DNA of 63,167 nucleotides, filler included, from Octopus bimaculoides (Eukaryota): the NCBI RefSeq assembly GCF_001194135.2. It is 7 parts of 7 records of this genome, joined end to end, with 100 filler letters (N's around TTAATTAATTAA, not from the genome) between each part and the next. Parts side by side here need not be neighbours in the genome. Positions count along the whole stretch, not along the records: positions 1 to 21,859 come from NC_068987.1; 6 more parts are not named here. One strand, 5' to 3'. The notes beneath the pieces were generated by a model that saw nothing but the letters and a program-made list of their open reading frames with translations, searched no databases and had not been told where the DNA came from. The position numbers and the translations under genes are program-made. Positions 1 to 14,096 of the stretch are shown here, piece after piece (position 1 is the stretch's first letter; each line of letters begins with the position of its first letter).

Positions 1-1030
1 GCCAGCGTGACATACCATGATTTTGTAAAGGTATTTGATAAGGTAGATTATGGCATGATATGTCATAACGTGCCAGATGGTAAACTGGGAGAATGGTTCT
101 ATGACTTCTGTAAAGACAAATGTCAGGCAGTTGCAACGAATGATGCCATTTTGGACGAAACCCAAATTCTAAGTGGCGTCCCCTGGGACATGCCTATGGT
201 TACTCGCACAGCCACTGTCACTAGCCATGCCGATGATCAAAATTTAACATAGGCAAGAAAACTGCCAGACGACGTTACTAGCTTACAAGGGGACCTCAAT
301 TTAATACACAAGTGAGCTGAAGTAAACAGTATCCAATTTAATGCTGAAAAAATTCAGGCACTGCGTTATCAACCCACGAAGGAACCATGGCTTGCATATA
401 CAGGACCAGAAGTCACTGCGATCCCAGAGTCACAGATGGTGAAAGACTTGGGGATCAGTATGTGCAATGATGCATCATTTTATTAGCACATTACCAAAAT
501 GGCAGCAAAGTGCAAACAACTCTTCAAGACAAGTCTAAGAAGTTATGTTAACCTTGTGGAAGACATTTGTTCACAGCCACCTGGACTACAGCTCTCAGCT
601 ACGTTCACCACATAGTACCAAATCGAGAAGTTCTAGTACCCAATTTCAGCATCGTATCTTATACAGGTGCCAGGGATCTACGTCATTGTATTGTACCAAA
701 GGTACTTTCCACACCATCTGAATTCAGCACCAGGTGCTGCAATAGCCTAGGATTTATAGGCCCACAGTTCGTCAATGCTCTGTCATAAAAATTAAGAAAT
801 CTACATAATGTAGACTTAGGTGTATTCAAAAAGGAACTAGACATCCTCCTGTCCCTAATATTTGGTGAACCAGCGGCCAAACATGAGGTACAGACGAGGG
901 CAAACATGAGGTACAGACTAAATGGGCCAACAACTGGAAGAAAGACACATACAAGAGTGGTGATATGAAAATCCCCAGTCTGAGGAAACCAGCAAGATCA
1001 CGCTGATGCTCGAGCATGACCGCATCTGCA
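1..1030 (+). mobile_element. Degenerate CR1/L2(Jockey-group)-like LINE, RT and 3' region
   Basis: Broken translation gives DFVKVFDKVDYG (RT motif 3), LSGVP, SHADD (YADD-like), LQGDLNLI..AEVNSIQFNAEKIQALRY, VKDLGISM, then GPQFVNALS..LRNLHNVDLGVFKKELD; many stops, frameshifts and deletions. Confidence 0.75.
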
Positions 1031-2025
1031 AGGTTAAAACGTGTAAAAGAATAGAACAATAAATGAATACACACATATACACACACGCACACACACTGAT
1101 ATGTAGGTATACATTTATGTATATATGTTGGAATATACATTCAAGTTAATTCTTTTTAATTCGGAATTAGAGATTCACCCTCCTGATAATTGGAACGCTT
1201 TGTGTAATTCTGTACACGAGTTTGTGCATTATTTATAAAAAAAACACATTATGCTGTGCTGAACGAGATAAAATCCTCGAAATCTAGTGTATCTATGAGT
1301 AAAATGCTGAATGTTTTTTTTTTTCCACAGCAACCTAAAGTTGTTTAGATAGTTACACATAACATGCAATATTTTCTTAAATGTCACATATCTGTTATGC
1401 TGTTTTGTCCGTCAATAGAGATAAAATTACATTTTACTTAAATTTTATCAGAAATTCTATATTTGCAAACATTGCTATGCAAGGACGTTAACAACGACCT
1501 CCAAAACGCTGATACATTTTCCCGTTTGATAGTACAAATTGTTCTCTCCTCAGTTATATACCAATACATACGTTTCGGTAACATAAACGTTAACGAGGCT
1601 ATACTAAAGCACCCTTTCTATATTGCCTGAAATTGATATAAGTATGTTCTATTATAAGGTAATTCTAATAACTAATATGACGAGCAAAACGATATGCGGA
1701 TGTAGTTGCTTCAGTTTATTTCACTGTCCTTTGTTCCTTGATATATTATTAAAATGTTTCTTCAACACTGGGATCGATATAGTCAACAGCTATCTTTTAC
1801 GGAGGCTGTGACTTTGCACTTAATACATTAATCTAACCTTATGCTATATATAGAAAAGTTATCCATTATAATTAACATCTGCATGCGAAAAACAATCCCA
1901 TCCGTCTTTCACAAAACATTATCTATCTCTCTCTCTCTATATATATATCTATCTATATACATGCAAATATATAAATACTAAATATACTGATATATATTAA
2001 GTGTATATATATACATACACACACT

Positions 2026-2107
<82 letters not shown>

Positions 2108-3299
2108 NNNNNNNNNNNNNNNNNNNNNNNNNNNNNNNNNNNNNNNNNNNNNNNNNNNNNNNNNNNNNNNNNNNNNNNNNNNNNNNNNNNNNNNNNNNNN
2201 NNNNNNNNNNNNNNNNNNNNNNNNNNNNNNNNNNNNNNNNNNNNNNNNNNNNNNNNNNNNNNNNNNNNNNNNNNNNNNNNNNNNNNNNNNNNNNNNNNNN
2301 NNNNNNNNNNNNNNNNNNNNNNNNNNNNNNNNNNNNNNNNNNNNNNNNNNNNNNNNNNNNNNNNNNNNNNNNNNNNNNNNNNNNNNNNNNNNNNNNNNNN
2401 NNNNNNNNNNNNNNNNNNNNNNNNNNNNNNNNNNNNNNNNNNNNNNNNNNNNNNNNNNNNNNNNNNNNNNNNNNNNNNNNNNNNNNNNNNNNNNNNNNNN
2501 NNNNNNNNNNNNNNNNNNNNNNNNNNNNNNNNNNNNNNNAGAACATGCTGTCTTCCCTTCAGCTTAGACGTTACTAAGGTATCAGGAAGAAAGACTCGTT
2601 ACAGATTTTTGCTTGTCACTGTTTTTTTTTGGGGGGGGGGATCAGTTTTAATTTATAGACTAGTTTTCTCAAATCCTTTTATATCAAAGGCCTAGAGAAC
2701 AAGGGGCAGTGTCTGTGAGGGGTAGGGCTGAGGGAGCAGACAGAAATCATAGTGGTTATAGTTATAAAAATCAAGATTTATTAGAAGAAATATCATGAGG
2801 TTTGGTAAAAGAAAACTTAAATCAAGATGTTAGCTGACAATTAAGGGGCGGCTAATAGCAGACCATTGGTAACGAAACAGGGGATATCTTATCATGTAGT
2901 GCTATTGTTAAATATTTATTAATACTATAGTTAAATATTTATTAATATATAGTTAAATATTTATCAATTGGTATATTCTGGTATTTAATAAAGTAGTACT
3001 AAAGTAAAAGAACATGCAAACTACATATTAATTAAATTATAAACTAACCAGATTAGTAAATATACCAGTATTTTTTATATATAAGCTAAGTATGAATTTA
3101 TAGATATATAAATATTAGATTTATTTTACAAATAGATAAAGTCTAATTATAAAATAATAACGAAATAAAATAATCAGGTCGGGCAGAGCAACATAGAAAA
3201 GGAATAAAATAGCTTAATCACTAAAAACATGATAAAGTATATTATTATTAACAACAATAGAGAAGATTTATAGTAAAATTATAATTATTATATATTATA

Positions 3300-3530
3300 G
3301 GCGCAGTCATGGGTGTGTGGCAAGTTGCTTGCTTACTAGCCACATGTTTCCGAGTTCAATCCCACTGCGTGACACTTTGGTCAAGTGTCTCCTACTATAG
3401 CCTCGAGCCTTGGGCATGTATGTATGTATGTATGTATGCGTGTGTTTGTGGCTCTGTGTTTGTCCCCCTCATCGCTTGTCAACCGATGTGGGTGCGTGTG
3501 CGTTCCAGTAACTTATCATTATGCTTGATA
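3300..3530 (+). mobile_element. tRNA-derived SINE (family B, degenerate)
   Basis: gtgtgtggcaagttgcttgct...gagttcaatcccactgcgtgacactttggtcaagtgtctcctactatagcc matches copies at 26235, 36228, 50515 and 55466. Confidence 0.75.
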
Positions 3531-4870
3531 AAATAATCTGGATGTTAAGGGGTGAAATTCAGCTGCAATTCAATTTTGTACCTTCTGTGGGCCATGAAAT
3601 ACGCACCAGTTGAAAACTAGATCCCATGTAATTGACTAAATCACTCCCTACAAAGCTGATGTATTTCTGCCATAATTTCAAATCATTATTTTGCGCTACG
3701 CTTATTGTTGTTACTAATATTAGTCAGAAAGTCAGACATCTTCTACTTTTGGGTAAGGATACAATGCAGTCGACTAAATCCATTAAGTTGTTATGTCGTT
3801 AATTTTTCGACCCTGGAAGAGGGAAACGCAACAGTTAACATTAACGGGATTCGATACCGAAATGAATGAGACGGACCTGGTTTCATTATAAAATTTTACT
3901 CGTTAATGCATCATGTTATTATTGTTATGATTATAATGATAATATCATAATGCGACTGCTGCTTCAGCTGGTGATGATGGGGATGATGATGATGATGATA
4001 ATGTTAAGGAGAAATTGTCGGAGAAGGACCCGTGGGAGAAAGAAGGCGATGCTAATGATATAGAAAGATTGTACAAAAGGATAATGATAAAAAGTATACC
4101 GCAAGGGAAAGCGAAAAACTTGTCGGAGTTATTTTCTTGAACTCAAAGAGAACACAAGAGTCGTGACAAATCAATTCTGCTGCAGATTTAAATAGTTTAT
4201 TTTTGTTAGTTTATTTTAAAAAATCATGTTATTGATGTCAAATAATAGTGCAAAATTAAGTTATTGTATTTCATCTGCATGGTTTCTTTTCTTTTATTTT
4301 CATCTTTTTTTTCCTGTTAGCATTTTACAGCAATCTTCTAATTGAAGTTTTCTTCATCAAGTTTATCCGTAACGCATATTTGAAGAAAGATGCGTGCTTT
4401 CAGGTTAAAAAGTGTGTTTCTTCATTCTTACGCAGAATAATTAGTCTCTAAGGCATATATTTAAAAATGGCTTTTTTCTCTGCTCTCACGCATTTCATCT
4501 ATTATAAGCTATTACCTTTTTTGGGGATGTGTCTTCTCCAGCAGGTATTTGCACTATTATTAAATAATCATTTGGTGCGAACGATGAAATAATTTATACA
4601 TTTTACAGGAAAAGCAAAAACAAATAAACAATAAAAAATAATTTACTTTTGTAGCTTAATTTGCTTCAAATTTAGTGTCTATTAGAAATAAGAAGAAATG
4701 TTATATTATATAAAATGTAGACTGACAAGACTAAAACATGGTATAGGTGTGTGTGTGTGTGTGTAGGTAGATACACACATATATGTATAAATAGACACAC
4801 GCGCGGGCATGCACGCACACACGTGCATATCTATATATCTATCTATCTATTTATCTATCTATCTTTCTAA

Positions 4871-4913
<43 letters not shown>

Positions 4914-5701
4914 NNNNNNNNNNNNNNNNNNNNNNNNNNNNNNNNNNNNNNNNNNNNNNNNNNNNNNNNNNNNNNNNNNNNNNNNNNNNNNNNNNNNNNN
5001 NNNNNNNNNNNNNNNNNNNNNNNNNNNNNNNNNNNNNNNNNNNNNNNNNNNNNNNNNNNNNNNNNNNNNNNNNNNNNNNNNNNNNNNNNNNNNNNNNNNN
5101 NNNNNNNNNNNNNNNNNNNNNNNNNNNNNNNNNNNNNNNNNNNNNNNNNNNNNNNNNNNNNNNNNNNNNNNNNNNNNNNNNNNNNNNNNNNNNNNNNNNN
5201 NNNNNNNNNNNNNNNNNNNNNNNNNNNNNNNNNNNNNNNNNNNNNNNNNNNNNNNNNNNNNNNNNNNNNNNNNNNNNNNNNNNNNNNNNNNNNNNNNNNN
5301 NNNNNNNNNNNNNNNNNNNNNNNNNNNNNNNNNNNNNNNNNNNNNNNNNNNNNNNNNNNNNNNNNNNNNNNNNNNNNNNNNNNNNNNNNNNNNNNNNNNN
5401 NNNNNNNNNNNNNNNNNNNNNNNNNNNNNNNNNNNNNNNNNNNNNNNNNNNNNNNNNNNNNNNNNNNNNNNNNNNNNNNNNNNNNNNNNNNNNNNNNNNN
5501 NNNNNNNNNNNNNNNNNNNNNNNNNNNNNNNNNNNNNNNNNNNNNNNNNNNNGATTAAGATTAATGTAATATAAAGCTGAAAAAAAAAAATTAACACCAA
5601 ATATACAGTGCGTGTGTTTTTATTGGCTAAACTGGCAATATGACCATCCCCAAGTACAACAATATATATATATATTTATATATATAAGAAGAGAGTTTAT
5701 A

Positions 5702-6153
5702 TTATGAACAAGTCACAATATTTAACTAAGAGCGTTCAAAAATAGCATTCAAAAACCACTATAAAACCCACTATTTTCACTCATATTATATCTCATCTCA
5801 ATAAATGCTGTCTGCGGGCGACACGACATATAAAATCCACTACTTAAAAACAAAAGGGTAATTCTCTATAGCAATTTCAACGTTAGGAACCTATTATAAG
5901 TCCTATTCATCTCTTTAGGATAAAATTAATATAGATAGAAATTGATGCATGACCTTACCTTGGGGCTTAGACGTAACCCGACCAGCAAGAATACTGTATC
6001 AACCTCTACCTACACATTAAATTCTGACAACATTTATTGTGAGGAGATATAATATGAGTGATAAGAGTGGTTTTATAGTGGTTTTTGACTGCTATTTCTA
6101 AACACGTAAGTGTTTTCGAAACCCTCTTAGTTATAAATGTGACTTGTTCACAA
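5702..6153. repeat. Long inverted repeat (~115-130 bp arms)
   Basis: 5702-5815 (tgaacaagtcac..taactaagag..caaaaaccactataaaacc..cactcatattatatctc..caataaatg) is the reverse complement of 6025-6153, with a ~20 bp indel. Confidence 0.8.
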
Positions 6154-6269
6154 TTATAATCACACTTCTGTGTATTTTATGATAATATGTTTGACTATTG
6201 ATATATTCATAATTATTATTAATTGCGTATGATATATCCTACGTAATGTATTGTTACATTACATTCTCT

Positions 6270-6485
6270 CTCTCTCGTTCCAGGACAGGGAAAGAACATT
6301 TCAAACCTCATCATTTTTTATACATGTTTCAATAGCAAATGCACGATGTGCACCGGTCCAAGCCATGAGTCCTTCATGAAAATCATTCGGTGAAACATCA
6401 GGTACCTGGAGACATCTTTATTAGCTGCGTAGTTTCTCTGGCAGTAAAAACTTCATCAAAAAACTTCTTTCTAACGCACCATATG
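6270..6485 (-). mobile_element. Tc1/mariner-type transposon 5' fragment
   Basis: Minus strand reads MAWTGAHRAFAIETCIKNDEV, resembling N-termini of insect/invertebrate Tc1-mariner transposases; truncated. Confidence 0.45.
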
Positions 6486-6539
6486 TATGTATGCATGTTT
6501 ATTTATGACTCTTCCATTCTTTTAATTATTATAAATGTT

Positions 6540-7420
6540 CCACTGAGGAGTGAACCGGTTTCCAACAAAGATACAAGGCTCCATCTTTGGGATGTAGTTA
6601 ACACAAACAAATTCGCATTTGGAACTTGAGAAAAGTCTTGCATATTTTTATTGTTCCACTCACAGATTGCATTTGTAATGTACGAATTAGCCGGTCGATT
6701 TCTCTTTCTGAAAATCCTAGTTTATCCAGATTCTTCTTTAAGCATGTACGAACAAAACCTGGTGCTCCAATTATTATTGGTATGAATATGAATTTATAAT
6801 CTGGACATAGAAGTAGGTCGTTCCGAAGCAGTTGACCATAGATACCATTTTTCTTTGATTTTCAAAGCGACATTTATATCTGCAGAGCAGCTGAAATCTA
6901 TGACGGTGCATACTTTTGCCCGTCTGTCCCAAACAACACTATACGGTTTGTTAAGTTTATATTAGACAGAAGTTTTGATGTGAATATTCCACCAGTATTC
7001 CTTGAGTTGGTTTTTATGAATGTATTCCATAATAGAGGGATTTTCTAAGTTTATTTTAGGATAGTCTTTTTAGCGGGCGGCAATGTAAATTGTTTTAGCA
7101 ACATCATTGTGCCTATTTGGAAGGTAGCATCGTGACGACCTTTTAGGACAGCTTCTAATCACATGCGTGATGTTTTTGGCAGAAACATGACATAGCCTAC
7201 ACGTGCAGTTGCACCTTAGGATTACAAGTGCGTCACTGTCTCTCGTGTTCAACAGGTACTTTGTGACAATCTCCTGTTCCTGGATTGCAAACGCATAGCC
7301 TTCTAAGTGTGACGTAATGTAGTACTCTTATGTCAGTTCTACTGTCCTCTTCAAGTTTCCTGGCAATATACCCATACATAGCCTTTTGATGCTGAGTGCT
7401 ATCTATCCAGGTCTTCTCTG
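6540..7420 (-). mobile_element. RLE-type (R4/Dong/NeSL-like) non-LTR retrotransposon, 3' part
   Basis: LEGYAFAIQEQEIVTK, CCHC knuckle CRLCHVSAKNITHVIRSCPKR..RHNDVAK, restriction-like endonuclease VWDRRAKVCTVIDFSCSAD..KIKEK, then IPIIIGAPG..KICKTFLKF; frameshifted. Confidence 0.8.
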
Positions 7421-7674
7421 AGGTATGTATGTATGTATGTACGTATGTTAAATGTGTGAAACGCGTGGCCACGCACTCCTTTGCAACGATGGATTTGTCA
7501 ACTATCAGAAATCGAAGGAAAATCATATGTATGCAACATCCTTCCTCCTGGAGCGGTTGGTTCGATGTGTTTAATGAGTGAAAAGTTTGCACTTTCCGTT
7601 TACCCGATTTCACTCACGAGATACGTGCCATCTCTAAGCTATAGAAACGATACTTTGATACTTGTCCATTGCGT

Positions 7675-7706
<32 letters not shown>

Positions 7707-8889
7707 ACATAGACACACAACACACACACATAGACACACACTCGCGCGCACACACACACACACGCACACATAAATACACACATACACACACATATATTTA
7801 TATAGATACAAACATACATATATTTGTAATCCCATAAATGATGCAGTTTTTTTTCAATTTCATGAACTAAAAGTCGGAGGCGACGGGAGAAACAATATAT
7901 NNNNNNNNNNNNNNNNNNNNNNNNNNNNNNNNNNNNNNNNNNNNNNNNNNNNNNNNNNNNNNNNNNNNNNNNNNNNNNNNNNNNNNNNNNNNNNNNNNNN
8001 NNNNNNNNNNNNNNNNNNNNNNNNNNNNNNNNNNNNNNNNNNNNNNNNNNNNNNNNNNNNNNNNNNNNNNNNNNNNNNNNNNNNNNNNNNNNNNNNNNNN
8101 NNNNNNNNNNNNNNNNNNNNNNNNNNNNNNNNNNNNNNNNNNNNNNNNNNNNNNNNNNNNNNNNNNNNNNNNNNNNNNNNNNNNNNNNNNNNNNNAACAC
8201 AGGTGGCGTGGCGAGGGGAGGCCGGTATGCATGGGCGACTGCTGGCCTTCCATAAACAACTTTGCCCGGACTTGTGCCTCGGAGGGTGACTTTCTAGGTG
8301 CAATCCCATGGTAATCATGATCTCAGCATATATATCTATATATATATAGGGAGCGGGAGTGTATGTGAGTGTCTGTGTATGTATGTATGTATATATGTAA
8401 TCATGTGTGTATGTGTATGTTTTAGTAGAATATTTAATGTTAATGCAGTACCAGGTGTTTCATGCACACTCTTGTGATTATTTACATGCAGCCAGAACGA
8501 GACAAACAGCAGTGTATACAGTGTATTTATTCAAGCAAATATCCATATTCCGAAAGATGACTCAAAGAGTATGTGTTTGAAGAGAAGGAATCCTTCCAGT
8601 ATTGTGTAATCAGAAATTTTCCAATTGTTCTGCATTCTAAGCTAATTATCAGTGACGGAAAAATGTTAAATATTTATGTACACGTACATGATAATCTATA
8701 AGAATGTCCATCGTTATGCTGTTACGTAATTGTTAATTTGTATTGCACATTAGGATACATGCTCTAGAACATATATGGACAACTCAATGGTGACGAAGGT
8801 GGTAAATTACGTTGTTGTAACATCAGCCACAGCAATTTTATATTAACCTGTAGTGATTGCTGAGATCAGTGAAAGTGTTTATAACTTTC

Positions 8890-9290
8890 ATTCATTTTAT
8901 TTTCAGGAAAAGTGGTCGGATGATGACGGTGTTGTTCGAATGGCAAATGTTGCAGCATATTACAAGTTGTGTGCATGATTTTTGAAAACACTTATCTCGT
9001 ATAAGTTTGTTGTGAGGCTTGTGGGTACTATATAATTTTATGGTGTTGAATAATATGATGTTGAACTTACTTCTAATGTTTCGTTTTGGATTGAAAAAGT
9101 TTTGGAAGGGAATAATCTTCATGGGTTGGAAAGATCCAGGTTAAGTTGGTATTTGTTAGTCTGTGGTGATTAGAATTTGCTTGAAGCTTCCTTTAAAGTT
9201 TTAACTGCCGTATACATGAACATAGTGCGAATCTTCCTTTTCTGTGGTAAACTTAATGTATATTTAACTTCTCTGTTAAAACAAGGTCAG
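8890..9290 (-). mobile_element. Highly degenerate Penelope-like element remnant
   Basis: Minus-strand IKFTTEKEDSH resembles the end of the PLE RT palm; a downstream NL*YAAT may be an eroded GIY motif. Confidence 0.35.
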
Positions 9291-11379
9291 ATACGTTGCA
9301 TTACCCAGTATACGTATTAGTATTTCTAACAAAGCCCCCGTCTATGGATGGATTGACCTCACCACAATACATTAAAACCAGAGGGAACCTATACAAGGAA
9401 ACATACAAATACCATATGGCTTCTTTAGAGACTTAAACTAGGTATTAAAACAAGTTGCATCTTTAAAAACGAGGTAAATATCCGACGAATATATAACCAA
9501 ATCTACAAAATTACTCAAATATATTTAATGATAGTTTATGCAATAAACAACATACAGACAAATAAATGTATGGATGTCTTTACTTGACGTGAAGTATCAT
9601 CATCAGTTTAAATAATGTCAAGATACTTAAATATTAAATAATAACTAGATATTAATTCGGAATCAAAGACTGATATTCTTTTTAGTTATTTGGGCAATTA
9701 CAAGTTATAACACAGAAAATGTTCTGGACTTTTGACATTCTAATTGAAATGTAAGACTTCTCTATGTGCTGATGTATTGCTGAGAAAATCACTAAGTATA
9801 TATACAGTATTTTACATGAAAAATTAACATAATCTTTTAAAATCGCTTAGCTATCTAAGTCAAAGCCTAGATGCCAAACGATAGAAAATAATATAGAAGT
9901 TATTTTAACCTATTCAATTTGGTGACAATTCAGTGACTAGAATTATATCTTGGCATTGAAATAATTTTGGGCTTTCGTCATTGAGAGATCATCTTAACTT
10001 ACTTTATGAAGCTGACTGCATTACGTATGTTAATGCTATCTTAATAAGCAATATGCACGGCATATGTTTTTCTGATAGCTTGCATTACAATCTAGAAACG
10101 TATTTAGAAATGACCCTGGCGGAGAAACTATAAAAGAATATAGATTAGACATTGTATATGCAACCCGTTTATGAAGCCACTTAAATACTATCCAACACGT
10201 GGGGAATCGCTAGTTTTCTTGTGTAACCTTAGAATTCATTTATTTCCCAAAAGATCCTGTTTTCAAATACTATGATCAGATAACTATGCACTTTCCATTA
10301 GAGCTCCTCGTTCTACGCGAAATTAACAGAAAAATCTGATACCAAGTCATCATACTTATAAATTTGTTGAGTTGATCATAAACTAGTCATCAAGAATACG
10401 ATGGAAGGAAGATGTTAATGGATTAAAACGTGATTTATTAGATGTTTGTGTATCAAAATGATACAATTCCGTATCCTCAAATCTTTGTAACAATTGTAGC
10501 AACAAAACGACACAATTTCAAGATATAAAGCTGGAGATAAACTCTAACTAATCGATCACGTTATTTTACACCCGATGCTCTTATAAATTGGAGTACATGG
10601 AAACAATAAATGTCAACAAGTATATAAAATATTGATAGTAAAATCTCTCGGAAAAGTTTACTAATAGTTCACTACAAACGGAACATTAGAGAAAAATATA
10701 TACATAATATATTATTTACTATTCAATAACGTGTTTAAATGAATTAGTAGACAAAGCTAGAACAATATAGACTGAAATTCAAACTATTAAAAGCATCAAA
10801 GTGTGTATTTAAGAAAAACAGTTAAAATACAATTAAAGTGATTTACTCGAAAGAAATATATTAGTTATAGCGTATTTTAACATGTTATAAAGCAAACCAT
10901 ACAACGAAGCAGAAAATCCATGACACCGGATTACAAATTCGTGTTAATAATAGAGCACTAGAATCCTAACATTAAACACAAAGCAACAAAATAACAGAAA
11001 CCTACAACCTGTGCGCTTGGTGAAAATGTAATTTTACCAAAGAAAAGAAGCAAGTGTTACGCTGCTGCCATTGCAGATAGAGAAACCAAGGTAGCATCAC
11101 GCACCTGCTGATCCTACTTTTACGGTAACTTATAATCTGTACGCAATGTAAGGTACAGCATCAACGAAAATTCATAAAACATTAGTTAAAAAAACATCCC
11201 TCTCGTATAGAATTTAAACGATTGGCAATTCTTTTCTCCCATAGAGAAGTACTGTATATTCCATGAGATACCTTTACATCTGTATACGAAATATTAATAC
11301 CTACAATTAGTATTAAGCGGGTGAACCCTGTTCCTTGCACAATCGCATTTGATATTCCTGCTACATTTATTCATAGTTT

Positions 11380-12700
11380 TCACTTAAGTTTCAGTAGAGG
11401 GGATTTCTAAATTCTCCTGTCTTTCTTCTAAGCTATAACTATTTCCCACATAGATAACATTTTGAGTACTGCGCTTTCTAGGATTCGCATCTTCCACTTC
11501 CAAACTAAGGCGGCGTTTGTTCGGGTAGCTTTCATTTTATTGGTTGTGAATTCCTATCCTGATACCTATTTGGATTAACTATGGTTTGGTCGCTCATGTT
11601 GGCATTGTTGATATTTATTGATTTATATTGATTATTCTGGCTACCATTGTTGTTATTGTGTATATGGAAACTGTGTAATATAATAACGTTGTGTGCTACT
11701 ATAATTTGTGCGAGATTATGCTATAAGAAAAGGTTAGTCTAAATCTATGTTTATTAAAATATATTTACTGTCTTTTGGGAAATATTTAGCTGATCACAAA
11801 TAGAACAATTTAAGTATATTGGAAATTATTTGTTTTCCAAAGGGGATTATATACCATTCAATATTGCTCGAGGTATCTATGTTACTGTAGTATGTATGTC
11901 TACTTTTACCTAAGCTTTTCATGAAAGTGTGCAACCTATATACCTGGTTTTTATTTCGGCATTGGGTTTGCTGGCTAATATATATTTGTCAGTTATTTGT
12001 GTAGTACTATTGGAAGAGCTTACATATTGATCGCCACCTTCTATATGAATGGGACCTCTTCATAGGTCCATTCTTATGTAAATCACTTAACACTTTATTT
12101 GGCACAAATTCATGTCAATTTTTACTCTCCTTTTTGGTTTTAGGAACTCTATTGTTGTATTCTAATTGTACGGACTTTAACTCTTCCTACTATCCGTACT
12201 TGGTGGTTAGTGGTGTTCTTCATATTATGCAATCAATTTCATTATTCTTAGGATGGTCCATCTCACTACGTTTATTAATGCTATCATTTCTACCGCTAAA
12301 GAATTACAATTTTCCTCTGCAACCTGCCTTCTTTAATGCAAAATCGTTTAGTTTAAATACTTCCTCGTTTGCTTAAAGGTTAGAAATGAGGGTTTTCTGT
12401 TATAGACCGGGTTATTCATGATGGATGATTGCTATATCACTGTATCTAAGGTTCATATTAGGCTTGTGATGGCCTACGTATGCCTGTGCTTAGAACTAAA
12501 TTAACATCACGAAAGTTTATTGATATTGATACTGAAAGTCATTTGTTTTAAAAAAGATATTTGAATCGGTTGACCTTGAAAATGTTATGTGTAATGGACT
12601 TTCAATCAAATTGCTGCGACAATAATGCATAATTGCATACCACGCAATGTGCAGTAGCTGCAGTCGAAACATATGTAGGACAGATGCATATTCCGTAGAA
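11380..12700 (-). mobile_element. Degenerate Penelope-like element, similar to 16370-18220
   Basis: Frameshifted minus-strand pieces NFRDVNLVLSTGIRRP, SNHPS.ITRSI, ANEEVFKLNDFALKKAGCRGKL and a C-terminal WKMRILESA..KCYLC parallel the RT thumb and terminal Cys motif of the 16-18 kb element. Confidence 0.6.
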
Positions 12701-12905
12701 CACTTTTAGATAAATACGTTTTAGGATGTGAATGAAGTTTCCAATTCTCTCTTTATTATCAGCGTTATTGTATACTCTTTAGATTGTCTGAATAGGAACG
12801 CGAACTTACCCAACGTGTGAAATTAGTAATATCAGTATATCTTTCTAAGCTTGAGTGCTATACAATGGGCCAATGCAGTATCTACCAAGATAAATTATAG
12901 CTTTT

Positions 12906-12957
<52 letters not shown>

Positions 12958-13709
12958 AATCTTTCATTTATATGTATATATATATTGTATATGTTTGTGC
13001 ATCGCATTAACTACGTTGTTACATTTAAGCAAAGTGTACAAGCATGTATTATCTCCTCATAGTTAAGAATAAATTGGGGTTCGGTATACCTATTTATTAT
13101 TATTCTTAGACATTAATTTTTTGAAGAACAAGAACGCATGCTTAGAAATTTTCATTGTTTACAATTATCGATAATGCATGCAAACCTGATACTAAATAAA
13201 CTGTTGAGTTATGTTTTCATATAAAGTTTATCTCATAGTGGACGTGGCAATGGCACTGAATAAGACATAAATGTCTAAATACATTGACAATTTTATCGTG
13301 ACTTTAAAATGGATGATTTCGTTGCAGACAATAATCTTTTATTACTCAATGAAAAGTTCTATTCTAGATAGAACAACAATGTTTTTTTCCGAGTTCATAT
13401 ACAGCGAGAATATCTTTAATCGAAGAATATCTCCCTTACTTCCTTTCTTTCAACCTCTCTCTTTTCCTCTCCTTCCTCTTCTTCCCTATAGACAGAAGGT
13501 GATTATTATTCTGGTGTGGCCAATTACTGTTTTCTAGCTGCAGAGAAAATGAACGAGCTGTGCCCACATCTAGGCTAAATCACTGTCTTTCGTAAACTCT
13601 ATAAACGTACGTTTCATATTCTGCAAGACATGCAGCCTGCACTCTCTGACTCTCTGTCTGTTTGTCTGTCTGTCTGTCTGTATGTCTGTCTCTCTCTCTC
13701 TCTCTCCCC

Positions 13710-13749
<40 letters not shown>

Positions 13750-13775
13750 GACCGTTGACTGAACACTATTCATTT

Positions 13776-13812
13776 TTTTTCTGTTGAAGAGCGTAGCTCG
13801 AAACGTCAAAGA
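13776..13812 (+). ncRNA. Minimal hammerhead-like motif with atypical core (CUGUUGA)
   Basis: ttttt-CTGTTGA-a-gagc/gta/gctc-GAAA-cg-TC-aaaga; a related copy lies at 50758-50795 on the minus strand. Confidence 0.4.
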
Positions 13813-14062
13813 CTTTCCGTANNNNNNNNNNNNNNNNNNNNNNNNNNNNNNNNNNNNNNNNNNNNNNNNNNNNNNNNNNNNNNNNNNNNNNNNNNNNNNN
13901 NNNNNNNNNNNNNNNNNNNNNNNNNNNNNNNNNNNNNNNNNNNNNNNNNNNNNNNNNNNNNNNNNNNNNNNNNNNNNNNNNNNNNNNNNNNNNNNNNNNN
14001 NNNNNNNNNNNNNNNNNNNNNNNNNNNNNNNNNNNNNNNNNNNNNNNNNNNNNNNNNNNNNN

Positions 14063-14096
<34 letters not shown>

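Noticed and set aside
2001-2567. Long ORFs spanning N gaps (also 4809, 7634, 13570, 27395, 36695, 56282, 60235)
   Set aside because: They are open only because N codons contain no stops.
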